Assembly: GCA_041690895.1 (NCBI GenBank)
Contig: JBEPVT010000011.1
Location: 26,983 to 90,982 of the forward strand
Length of the DNA: 64,000 nucleotides
Reading direction: 5' to 3'
Origin: Gammaproteobacteria bacterium
GTDB taxonomy: Bacteria; Pseudomonadota; Gammaproteobacteria; Steroidobacterales; Steroidobacteraceae
Below the pieces are notes generated by a model. It made no database searches. It worked only from the letters and a program-made list of their open reading frames with translations, and had not been told where the DNA came from. Each line of letters opens with the position of its first letter. Position 1 is the first letter of the stretch. The position numbers and the translations under genes were made by a program. This document shows positions 50,486 through 61,405 of this stretch, one piece after another.

Positions 50486-51302
50486 GATGAGCCGTGTCAT
50501 GCACCGCAATCGCTTCAAGAGCAAGCCTAAGGCGCAACAGCGGCGCTGGAAGTGGCCTGCCTTTGTTGTCGGCAACTGGCGGGTGTACGCACGGCGCGGC
50601 GCCTTGGGTTTGGTGCTGGTGGGGAGCTTGAGCGCATTGACCTGGGCGCTCGATCGCCCGGTGCGCACGATCTCCATCGACGGCAGCTTTCAGCGCGTAA
50701 GCGCCGGACAAATCGAGCAGGCGGTGGCGCCCTACGCGCATCAGGGCTTCATGTCGGCGGATCTGGCCGACATTCAGAGCGCAGTGGAAACGCTGCCCTG
50801 GGTGGATCATGCGCGCATCGCGCGTCGCTGGCCGAACGGCCTGCGTGTCACGGTGACTGAGCAAACCGCGGCGGCGCGTTGGGGCGAGTCGGGCCTGCTC
50901 AACACCCGCGGCGAGCTGTTCGTGAGATCGGCGCTGCATGTGCCCCCTGAGTTGCCGCACTTGAGCGGTCCCGAGGGCACGGAGTCGCAGGTGGCGCAGC
51001 GCTATCTGGCAGTCCAGGGCCGCATGCTGGAAGCGGGCATGCGCATCGTGGCGCTGCGTCTCGACGAGCGTGGTGCGTGGGAAATGGATTTAGGCAGCGG
51101 CGTTACCGTGCGGTTAGGCAGGCGCGATGTCGATGCACGCATCGACCGGTTCATTCACACCGCCTCGCAAGTCATTGCGCATCGCTTGACCGAAATCAAT
51201 TACGTGGACATGCGCTACTCCAATGGCTTCGCCATCGGCTGGCGCAATCAAGGCACACCGGCTGCAGCGCCGGCCAAGCATCCTGACGATGCCGACGCTT
51301 AG
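50481..51302 (+). CDS. ftsQ: cell division protein FtsQ
   Basis: Basic N-tail, single TM, and POTRA-like region (VRTISIDGSFQRVSAGQIEQAV). ATG triplet at 50481-50489. Confidence 0.9.
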   Translation: MMMSRVMHRNRFKSKPKAQQRRWKWPAFVVGNWRVYARRGALGLVLVGSLSALTWALDRPVRTISIDGSFQRVSAGQIEQAVAPYAHQGFMSADLADIQSAVETLPWVDHARIARRWPNGLRVTVTEQTAAARWGESGLLNTRGELFVRSALHVPPELPHLSGPEGTESQVAQRYLAVQGRMLEAGMRIVALRLDERGAWEMDLGSGVTVRLGRRDVDARIDRFIHTASQVIAHRLTEINYVDMRYSNGFAIGWRNQGTPAAAPAKHPDDADA

Positions 51303-51319
51303 AGGGAACTTTTAAAGTC

Positions 51320-52558
51320 ATGGCAAAGCGCTCTGATCGCAATTTATTGGTGGGTCTGGACATCGGTACCAGCAAGGTGGTCGCCATCGTCGGCGAGATC
51401 AAGACCGACGGTGCACTGGAAATCATCGGCATCGGCAGCCATCCCTCGCGCGGCTTGAAAAAGGGCGTGGTGGTGAATATCGAATCCACGGTGCAGTCCA
51501 TTCAGCGCGCGGTCGAAGAGGCCGAACTCATGGCCGGCTGCGAAATCCATTCGGTATACGCCGGCATCGCCGGCAGCCACGTGCGCAGCCTGAACTCGCA
51601 TGGCATCGTCGCCATCAAGGACAAAGAGGTGGTGCAGGGCGATGTGGAGCGGGTGATCGACGCCGCCAAGGCCGTCGCCATTCCAGCGGATCAAAAAATC
51701 CTGCACGTGCTGCCGCAGGAATACATCATCGATTCGCAGGAAGGCATCCGCGATCCGATCGGCATGTCCGGCGTGCGCCTCGAGGCCAAAGTGCATATCG
51801 TCACCGGCGCCGACAGCGCCGCGCAAAACATCGTCAAGTGCGTTCAGCGCTGCGGCTTGGCGGTCGATGACATCGTGCTGGAACAGCTGGCCTCGAGCTA
51901 CGCCGTACTCACCGAAGATGAAAAGGACCTTGGTGTGTGCGTGGTGGATATCGGCGGCGGCACCACCGACATCGCGGTGTTCGGCGGCGGCGCGATCCGC
52001 CACACTGCCGTGATACCGATCGCGGGCGATCAGATCACCAACGACATCGCGGTGTCCATGCGCACGCCGACGCAGTATGCCGAAGACATAAAGATCAAAT
52101 ACGCCTGCGCGCTATCGCAGCTCGCGAACCCCGACGAGACCATCGAGGTTCCGAGCGTCGGGGATCGTCCACCGCGCCGCCTGGCGCGCCAGACCCTCGC
52201 TGAGATCGTCGAACCCCGCTATGAGGAACTGTTCGGCCTGATTCGCGATGAATTGCGGCGCGCGGGACTGGAGGAGCAGGTGGCCACCGGCATCGTGCTC
52301 ACCGGCGGCAGCGCCAAGATGGAAGGCGCCATCGAGCTCGCCGAAGAAGTCTTTCACATGCCGGTTCGATTGGGCGTGCCGCAGTACGTCACCGGTCTAT
52401 CGGAAGTGGTGAGCAATCCGATCCACGCCACCGGCGTGGGTCTGTTGCTCTACGCCAAGAACAACATGGATACGCAACGCACGGAAGCGCCGCTGCTCGC
52501 GGGCGGCATGAAAAGTTTACTGGAGCGAATGAAGAGCTGGTTTCAGGGCAATTTTTGA
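51320..52558 (+). CDS. ftsA: cell division protein FtsA
   Basis: [18 protein letters not shown] and [14 protein letters not shown] actin-fold motifs; C-terminal amphipathic helix. Confidence 0.96.
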   Translation: MAKRSDRNLLVGLDIGTSKVVAIVGEIKTDGALEIIGIGSHPSRGLKKGVVVNIESTVQSIQRAVEEAELMAGCEIHSVYAGIAGSHVRSLNSHGIVAIKDKEVVQGDVERVIDAAKAVAIPADQKILHVLPQEYIIDSQEGIRDPIGMSGVRLEAKVHIVTGADSAAQNIVKCVQRCGLAVDDIVLEQLASSYAVLTEDEKDLGVCVVDIGGGTTDIAVFGGGAIRHTAVIPIAGDQITNDIAVSMRTPTQYAEDIKIKYACALSQLANPDETIEVPSVGDRPPRRLARQTLAEIVEPRYEELFGLIRDELRRAGLEEQVATGIVLTGGSAKMEGAIELAEEVFHMPVRLGVPQYVTGLSEVVSNPIHATGVGLLLYAKNNMDTQRTEAPLLAGGMKSLLERMKSWFQGNF

Positions 52559-52583
52559 TCGAAAACTACGAAGGAGAACTGGA

Positions 52584-53759
52584 ATGTTCGAACTGATGGA
52601 TTCTTATAGCCAAAGTGCCGTCATCAAGGTGCTGGGCGTGGGCGGCGGCGGCGGCAACGCGGTCTCGCACATGGTCCAAGCTGGCCTCGAGGGCGTGGAC
52701 TTCATATGCATCAACACCGACGCGCAAGCGCTGAAGCACTCAAAAGTGCGCACGGCACTGCAGATCGGCTGCAACATCACCAAGGGTTTGGGCGCGGGCG
52801 CCGATCCGGAAGTGGGCCGTCAAGCAGCAATGGAAGACCGTGACCGCATCATCGAGCTGATCGAGGGCTGCGACATGCTGTTCATCACCGCCGGCATGGG
52901 CGGCGGCACCGGCACGGGCGCCGCACCGGTGGTGGCGCAGGTGGCCAAGGAGCTCGGCATTCTGACCGTGGCGGTGGTGACCCGGCCTTTCGAAATGGAA
53001 GGCAACAAGCGCTCGCGCGTTGCGGATCAGGGCATGCTGGAATTATCCAAGTATGTGGATTCGCTCATCACGATTCCGAATCAGAAATTGCTGTCGGTGC
53101 TCGGCAGTTCTACTACGCTGCTCGATGCCTTCAAGGCGGCGAACACCGTACTGCAAGGCGCCGTGCAGGGCATTGCGGAACTGATCACGCGACCGGGTCT
53201 CATCAATGTGGACTTCGCCGATGTTCGCACCGTGATGTCGGAGACCGGCATGGCGATGATGGGATCGGGGACCGCATCGGGCGATGATCGTGCGCGCGAA
53301 GCGGCCGAGGCGGCGATTTCCTCACCCTTGCTCGAGGACATCAACCTGTCTGGAGCGCAGGGCATCCTGGTCAACGTCACCGCCGGCATGGACTTGTCGA
53401 TCGGCGAGTTCCAAGAGGTCGGCAACGTCATCAAGCAGTTCGCGTCGGATGAGGCGACCGTGGTGGTAGGCACCGTCATCGATCCTGAGATGACAAGCCA
53501 GATCCGCGTGACGGTTGTGGCAACTGGCTTGGGCAAGCCCGTTGCGCGCGCGGCACCGCATGCCGCTGCTGTGACTCATGCACAGCCGCTCACCATGCGC
53601 GTCATTCGGCAGCGATCGCCGATGGCGCCGACCGACTACGCGATGCTCGACAAGCCGACGGTTCAGCGGCAACGCGCGGTGGGCGATGGCCTGCGCGCGC
53701 AAGTCGATTCGGAGGATTTGCTGGATATACCGGCGTTTTTGCGGCGGCAGGCAGATTAA
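52584..53759 (+). CDS. ftsZ: cell division GTPase FtsZ
   Basis: [10 protein letters not shown] and the tubulin signature [12 protein letters not shown]-terminal peptide [11 protein letters not shown]. Confidence 0.98.
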   Translation: MFELMDSYSQSAVIKVLGVGGGGGNAVSHMVQAGLEGVDFICINTDAQALKHSKVRTALQIGCNITKGLGAGADPEVGRQAAMEDRDRIIELIEGCDMLFITAGMGGGTGTGAAPVVAQVAKELGILTVAVVTRPFEMEGNKRSRVADQGMLELSKYVDSLITIPNQKLLSVLGSSTTLLDAFKAANTVLQGAVQGIAELITRPGLINVDFADVRTVMSETGMAMMGSGTASGDDRAREAAEAAISSPLLEDINLSGAQGILVNVTAGMDLSIGEFQEVGNVIKQFASDEATVVVGTVIDPEMTSQIRVTVVATGLGKPVARAAPHAAAVTHAQPLTMRVIRQRSPMAPTDYAMLDKPTVQRQRAVGDGLRAQVDSEDLLDIPAFLRRQAD

Positions 53760-53786
53760 GAAGACAGGCCTTCGACATTCCAACAT

Positions 53787-53842
53787 GGCGCCCTGTAGGA
53801 GTAATTCCTATGGGCGCCGGTCTTGTGTAGAAGGTCAAGACC
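53787..53842 (+). other. two adjacent stem-loops after ftsZ (no U-tract)
   Basis: GGCGCCC-TGTAGGAgtaatTCCTAT-GGGCGCC (53787-53818), immediately followed by GGTCTTG-N10-CAAGACC (53819-53842). Confidence 0.5.
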
Positions 53843-53912
53843 CGAACTTAAGGGTGGGTGGCGGGTCGACCCTGTGGTACCTTTGGCAGATAACATAGTC
53901 CGGTTTCACGTA

Positions 53913-54827
53913 ATGTTGAATCAAAGAACCCTGAAGAACTCGATTCGTGCCACCGGCGTTGGGCTGCACACGGGAAAGAAGGTTCTGATGACCTTGCGTC
54001 CGGCTTTGCCGGACACCGGCATTGTATTTCGGCGCACCGATTTGGATCACCCGATCGACATCCGTGCCCACGCCGAAAATGTCGGCGACACGATGATGGG
54101 CACCACGCTGCATCGCGGCGAGGTCAAAGTCTCCACGGTCGAACACTTGCTGTCCGCGCTGGCAGGATTGGGCGTCGACAATGCATTGGTGGAAGTGAGC
54201 GCCGGCGAAGTCCCGATCATGGATGGCAGCGCGGGACCCTTTGTGTTCCTGCTGCAATCAGCGGGCATCGAGGAACAAAGAGCGCCGAAGCGTTTCATCC
54301 GCATTCTGGAAACGCTGCGGGTTGACGACGGCGACAAGTGGGCGCGCTTCGATCCCTACAACGGATTCAAGGTGAATTTCGAGATTGAATTCAATCACCC
54401 GATATTCAAGAAGCACTCGCAAGTGGCTTCGATGGATTTTTCGACGACCTCGTTTCTGCGCGAAATCAGCCGTGCACGCACCTTCGGATTCATGCGCGAC
54501 TTGGAAAGCCTGCGCGCGCGCAATCTGGCGCTCGGCGGCAATATGGACAACGCCATCGTTCTCGATGACTACCGCGTGCTCAATGAAGACGGACTGCGCT
54601 ACGAAGATGAGTTCGTGAAGCACAAGATTCTCGATGCCATCGGCGATCTGTACTTGCTGGGGCACAGCCTGATAGGGGAATTCAGCGGCTTCAAATCAGG
54701 GCATGCCCTAAATAACAAATTACTGCGCACCCTGATTGCGACACAGAGCGCTTCGCAGGAAGTCACTTTCGAAAGCCTGGCCGAGGCGCCGATTTCCTAC
54801 GTCGCTGCAGCGGCGGCGCACGCTTAA
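53913..54827 (+). CDS. lpxC: UDP-3-O-acyl-N-acetylglucosamine deacetylase
   Basis: [24 protein letters not shown], with [12 protein letters not shown] and [12 protein letters not shown] at 53913. Confidence 0.96.
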   Translation: MLNQRTLKNSIRATGVGLHTGKKVLMTLRPALPDTGIVFRRTDLDHPIDIRAHAENVGDTMMGTTLHRGEVKVSTVEHLLSALAGLGVDNALVEVSAGEVPIMDGSAGPFVFLLQSAGIEEQRAPKRFIRILETLRVDDGDKWARFDPYNGFKVNFEIEFNHPIFKKHSQVASMDFSTTSFLREISRARTFGFMRDLESLRARNLALGGNMDNAIVLDDYRVLNEDGLRYEDEFVKHKILDAIGDLYLLGHSLIGEFSGFKSGHALNNKLLRTLIATQSASQEVTFESLAEAPISYVAAAAAHA

Positions 54828-54850
54828 AGCGCCAGTCTACGGCGCGATCT

Positions 54851-55156
54851 TCACGCCAGCGGCGGCACCACTCGGATCCGCACCGTCAGTATGTCTTTGC
54901 CGACGGCCTCACCGACGCGCTTGCGGATTGCTTCCTTGGAGTAACGAAGACGCGAAGCCCACACGGCGCCCACGACCCCGATGCTGAGGCGGCTGCCGTC
55001 TAAGCCGGCACTGACCACCGCTCGAGCGAGGCGCGCCGGGAGCGCCGAACGGACCTGCTCCACAATTTGCGAACGCTCAGCGGACTTGTCTTTTAACAGT
55101 GAAAGCCGCTTGCCACCTCTTGCCAGTAACTCGCTGAGACTCTTAGAGTTTTGCAT
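54851..55156 (-). CDS. DUF721 / DciA-family small protein
   Basis: 101 aa. Contains LARAVVSAGLDGSRLSIGVVGAVWASRLRY. Occupies the conserved slot between lpxC and the M23-secA pair. Family assignment is from memory of DUF721 proteins. Confidence 0.6.
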   Translation of the reverse strand: MQNSKSLSELLARGGKRLSLLKDKSAERSQIVEQVRSALPARLARAVVSAGLDGSRLSIGVVGAVWASRLRYSKEAIRKRVGEAVGKDILTVRIRVVPPLA

Positions 55157-55267
55157 TCAACAATAATCTTATCAGAAGGGCGGGCGCGCACAAACCGAAC
55201 GGAAATCCTTGTTTTGAGTCAGGTTTCTGCATAATCTGGCGCCCTAAGCCTCGGAAGAATAATCCGT

Positions 55268-56194
55268 ATGAATGTCATTTTTGTCGGCCGCAAGTCGGGC
55301 CGAGTGAAACAATTTGACCTGCGACATCCCGTGATTATGTCTGCTGCGGTGCTGTTGGTGGTCGCAATCGTCGGTACGGCCGTCTCTATTGGCGTCGGTT
55401 TGGGCGCTCGACATAGTAGCGGCGATACCATCGACAAGTTGGGCAACTGGTCGGCCGAACTACTGCGTCAAAAAGGCCAGATCGAAGACACGAAGCGAGT
55501 TTTGCAGGAAAAAGTGAACGCCTTGGCGATGCGGGTCGGGCAGATGAATGCCAACGTCATACGCTTGGACGCGCTGGGTAAGCGCCTGACGCGCATGGCG
55601 AATCTGGACGATGGCGAGTTCGACTTCGGCCATCCGCCGCCTCTGGGAGGCGCCGAGAACGGTGCAGACGGCCAACCCGCGCAAATCCCGAATCTGACGG
55701 CCATGGTGGATGATCTGCAGACGCAGCTCTCCAGCCGCGAGCAGCAATTGAGCGTCCTGGAAAACTTGATTCTGAGCCGCGAGCTCAATAAGCAGGTGTA
55801 CCCCGAGGGCCGGCCGGTTCAAGAGGGCTGGATATCCTCGTACTTTGGACGCCGAGCGGACCCCTTCACCGGTTATTCCGCAGTGCACAAAGGATTGGAT
55901 TTTGCAGGGCAGGAAGGCACCAAAGTCAGCTCTGTCGCTGCCGGTCTCGTGACCTACGCCGGAGATCGCGCGGGCTATGGGCAAATGGTGGAAATCAACC
56001 ATGGCAATGGCTTGGCCACCCGCTACTGCCACAATGAGAAGCTGTTGGTGAAACAGGGCGACATGGTACGCAAGGGCCAGGACGTCGCACTGATGGGTTC
56101 GACCGGCCGATCGACCGGTCCGCACTTGCATTTTGAAGTATTAAAAAATGGCGCTCAGGTCGACCCCCTGCGCTTTATCGGAGAAGAACGCTAG
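55268..56194 (+). CDS. M23 family metallopeptidase (TM anchor + coiled coil + LytM domain)
   Basis: HKGLDFAG (HxxxD) and GPHLHFEV (HxH) zinc ligands are both present. Confidence 0.88.
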   Translation: MNVIFVGRKSGRVKQFDLRHPVIMSAAVLLVVAIVGTAVSIGVGLGARHSSGDTIDKLGNWSAELLRQKGQIEDTKRVLQEKVNALAMRVGQMNANVIRLDALGKRLTRMANLDDGEFDFGHPPPLGGAENGADGQPAQIPNLTAMVDDLQTQLSSREQQLSVLENLILSRELNKQVYPEGRPVQEGWISSYFGRRADPFTGYSAVHKGLDFAGQEGTKVSSVAAGLVTYAGDRAGYGQMVEINHGNGLATRYCHNEKLLVKQGDMVRKGQDVALMGSTGRSTGPHLHFEVLKNGAQVDPLRFIGEER

Positions 56195-56290
56195 GAGCCT
56201 TGTGGCCTTGAAAAGGCCGCTTTCGAAACGATTTCCTGCTCTTCGGGTCTATCCGTACAATACCCAGTTTTCCGAAAAGGTCCCCTAAGC

Positions 56291-59064
<2,774 letters not shown>

Positions 59065-59068
<4 letters not shown>

Positions 59069-59763
59069 CTCGCGCGAAGAACGCTTCTCTGACTCATGTG
59101 GTCGCCGCCGCGGTGATCGATCCGGCAGGGCGCGTACTGATCGCGCAGCGTCCGCCGGGCAAGCACTTGGCGGGTGGCTGGGAGTTTCCCGGCGGCAAGC
59201 TTTTGGCCGCAGAGGACCGACGGGACGGGCTCGCACGCGAGCTGCGCGAAGAGCTCGGCATTTCCATATCGACGCCGCGCCCCCTGATTCGGCTGCGGCA
59301 CACTTATCCTTTTGGGGAAGTGCTGCTGGACATGTGGGTCGTGCGGCACTATGAGGGCACCCCGTTGGGGCTGGACGGCCAGGCATTGCGCTGGTGCTCG
59401 CAGCAAGAACTCGACTCAGTGGAGCTGTTGCCGGCGGATGCACCGATCGTTGCAGCGTTGCGGTTGCCGGAGCGGCTGACTGAGGTCGCGACTCGCGATT
59501 ACACGCTCGGTGATTCGTCCGCGACAGCGGCCGACGGGCGTCTTCGCGGCGTGCTTTGCGCCGGGATGGCTGATGCCTTGGCGGGAAGCGATGCCGGCGC
59601 GGATTTTTTGGCGCTGCGGAATGAACTACCCCGTGACGAAATCAAGTCGATATGCGAGTTGGTTTCGATTCCCGTGTACGTGCCGGGGCTGGGGCTCAAT
59701 GAGGTGTGGGCGCTGGGGGCTACAGGGGTGGTTGAGCACCGTATAGAACATAGAATTGACTAA
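59065..59763 (+). CDS. mutT: Nudix hydrolase (MutT-like) with a short C-terminal extra domain
   Basis: Nudix box [30 protein letters not shown]. The roughly 100-aa C-terminal region faintly resembles a ThiE/TenI-like remnant. TTG 59065 overlaps the secA stop. Confidence 0.8.
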
Positions 59764-59790
59764 AGATGCCATTTAGATAAACTCTTTGTT

Positions 59791-60162
59791 ATGCCCAAGA
59801 GACCCAAGGCGCTGTTGACAATGCCGCCAGCCGCTGCGCAGGCGTTGCGGAACTTGGGCGAAAACTTGGCGATCGCCAGGACCCGGCGGCGCGAATCGCA
59901 GCGCGCATGGGCAAAACGCCTCGGTGTCTCGATACCCACGCTGATCCGCATGGAGCAAGGCGATCCCGGAGTCGGTGCGGGTATCTACGTCACGGCCTTG
60001 TGGTTGGTCGGCAGGTCGAGCGCGCTGGCTGAGCTTGCTGCGCCGGCGTCTGATCGGGGCGCGCTCGAAAGCGATGTCCGCGAGGCCATTGCCAGGCGTG
60101 CTGTCCGATCTGCCGCTTCAGCACCGGCTCGGCTTGCACGCAAGCGGCTCAAGCAGGCCTGA
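59791..60162 (+). CDS. hipB: XRE-family HTH antitoxin, HipB-like
   Basis: HTH RESQRAWAKRLGVSIPTLIRMEQG and an Ala/Arg-rich C-tail; immediately precedes hipA. ATG 59821 is the alternative start. Confidence 0.75.
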   Translation: MPKRPKALLTMPPAAAQALRNLGENLAIARTRRRESQRAWAKRLGVSIPTLIRMEQGDPGVGAGIYVTALWLVGRSSALAELAAPASDRGALESDVREAIARRAVRSAASAPARLARKRLKQA

Positions 60163-60163
60163 C

Positions 60164-61405
60164 TTGAACGCCCCGCGTTACGAGCCTTCGAACCAGCTCC
60201 ATCTCTGGTTGCTGACGCGGCCGGAGGAGCCGGTGCCCATCGCTCAACTCAATCTTGTTCGCTCCACCCAGGGCGTGTCGTTGCGCTACGTCGACGCTTG
60301 GTTGCGGCGCGGCTTTCCACTCAGTGAAGATTTGCCGCTCATCGACGAGGAATTTCTGCCCGCGGAAAAAGGTGCCGCGGCCGGCGCAGTCGACGATGCA
60401 CGACCGGATCGGTGGGGCGAGCGAGTAATCCGCTTCATCGACAAACCGGCGCGGCTGTCGCTTCTCGAGTACCTTTATTTTGCCGGGGATGACCGCTTCG
60501 GAGCACTAGGCGTATCGACTTCGCCGGATCAGTACTTGCCGCGGCGCTTGGGTCCACTGCCCACGCTGGAGGACGCGGATGAGCTTCACGAGTTGATCCG
60601 CAAAGTGCTAAACAACGAACCGGTACCGCCGGCGCAGCGGCGCTTGATTTCGCCTGGTGCGACCATGGGCGGCGCTCGACCCAAGGCGCTGATCGACATT
60701 GCGGGTGATCAGTGGGTGATCAAATTCTCGGACGGAGACCCCGCGGACACACCACTGATCGAGCACGCGGCCATGACACTGGCGCAGAAGGCCGGCATCA
60801 GGACCGCGCAGACGCTGCCCGTACGCTTGACGCACGGGCATGCCATCGCCATCAAACGCTTTGATCGCAATCGGGGAAGACGACTGCACAGCCTCTCTGC
60901 CTACGTGGCGCTGCGCGCCGCGGGGGAACGGTTCGGATACCCAGAACTGGCGCAGTTGCTGCGTCGTCGAGGGGTGACCGATGGTGATGCCTACGTCGCG
61001 CAGATGCGCGAAGTGTTTCGCAGAATGGTGTTCAACATTCTGATCGACAACACGGATGATCATGAAAAGAACCATGCGCTGCTGATGACCGATGCGCAGC
61101 AATATGAGCTTTCGCCTGCCTACGACATTCTGCCATCGGGTCAGGCTCTCGGCTTCCAGCAGATGAGAGTCGGCGAACAAGAAGCCGACTCGACCGTCGC
61201 CAATGCGCTTTCGCTGTCGCAGAGTTACGCGCTGGAAAAGAAAGAGGCCGTCAAAGAGGCACGAGCAGTTGCGCAGGCCGTAGATGGATGGAGACAGCAC
61301 TTTGCGGCATGCGGTGTAACACCCAGAGACATCGATCTCTATGCGGAGCAAATCGATCGACCTTTTCTGCGCGATCAGCGCAGCGAACTGAAGCTTCGAC
61401 GTTAA
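60164..61405 (+). CDS. hipA: type II toxin HipA-family serine/threonine kinase
   Basis: N-terminal coupling-domain pattern (LHLWLL...VSLRYVDAWL...PLSEDLPL), GATMGGARPKALI loop, catalytic NTDDHEKNHALLM, YDILPS. TTG 60164 lies 1 nt after the hipB stop. The in-frame ATGs at 59975 and 60074 would overlap hipB by 89-188 nt. Confidence 0.85.
   Translation: MNAPRYEPSNQLHLWLLTRPEEPVPIAQLNLVRSTQGVSLRYVDAWLRRGFPLSEDLPLIDEEFLPAEKGAAAGAVDDARPDRWGERVIRFIDKPARLSLLEYLYFAGDDRFGALGVSTSPDQYLPRRLGPLPTLEDADELHELIRKVLNNEPVPPAQRRLISPGATMGGARPKALIDIAGDQWVIKFSDGDPADTPLIEHAAMTLAQKAGIRTAQTLPVRLTHGHAIAIKRFDRNRGRRLHSLSAYVALRAAGERFGYPELAQLLRRRGVTDGDAYVAQMREVFRRMVFNILIDNTDDHEKNHALLMTDAQQYELSPAYDILPSGQALGFQQMRVGEQEADSTVANALSLSQSYALEKKEAVKEARAVAQAVDGWRQHFAACGVTPRDIDLYAEQIDRPFLRDQRSELKLRR

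Noticed and set aside
56202-56261. Hairpin GGCCTT-GAA-AAGGCC after the M23 peptidase gene, plus a TACAAT (56256-56261) as a possible secA promoter.
   Set aside because: The hairpin is short with only a 3-T tail, and the -35 partner (TTCCTG) is poor. Both are plausible but too weak to list as features.
59764-61405. hipBA as part of a mobile genomic island.
   Set aside because: There is no integrase, transposase, tRNA, flanking direct repeat or compositional shift around it. Only the two TA genes are inserted.
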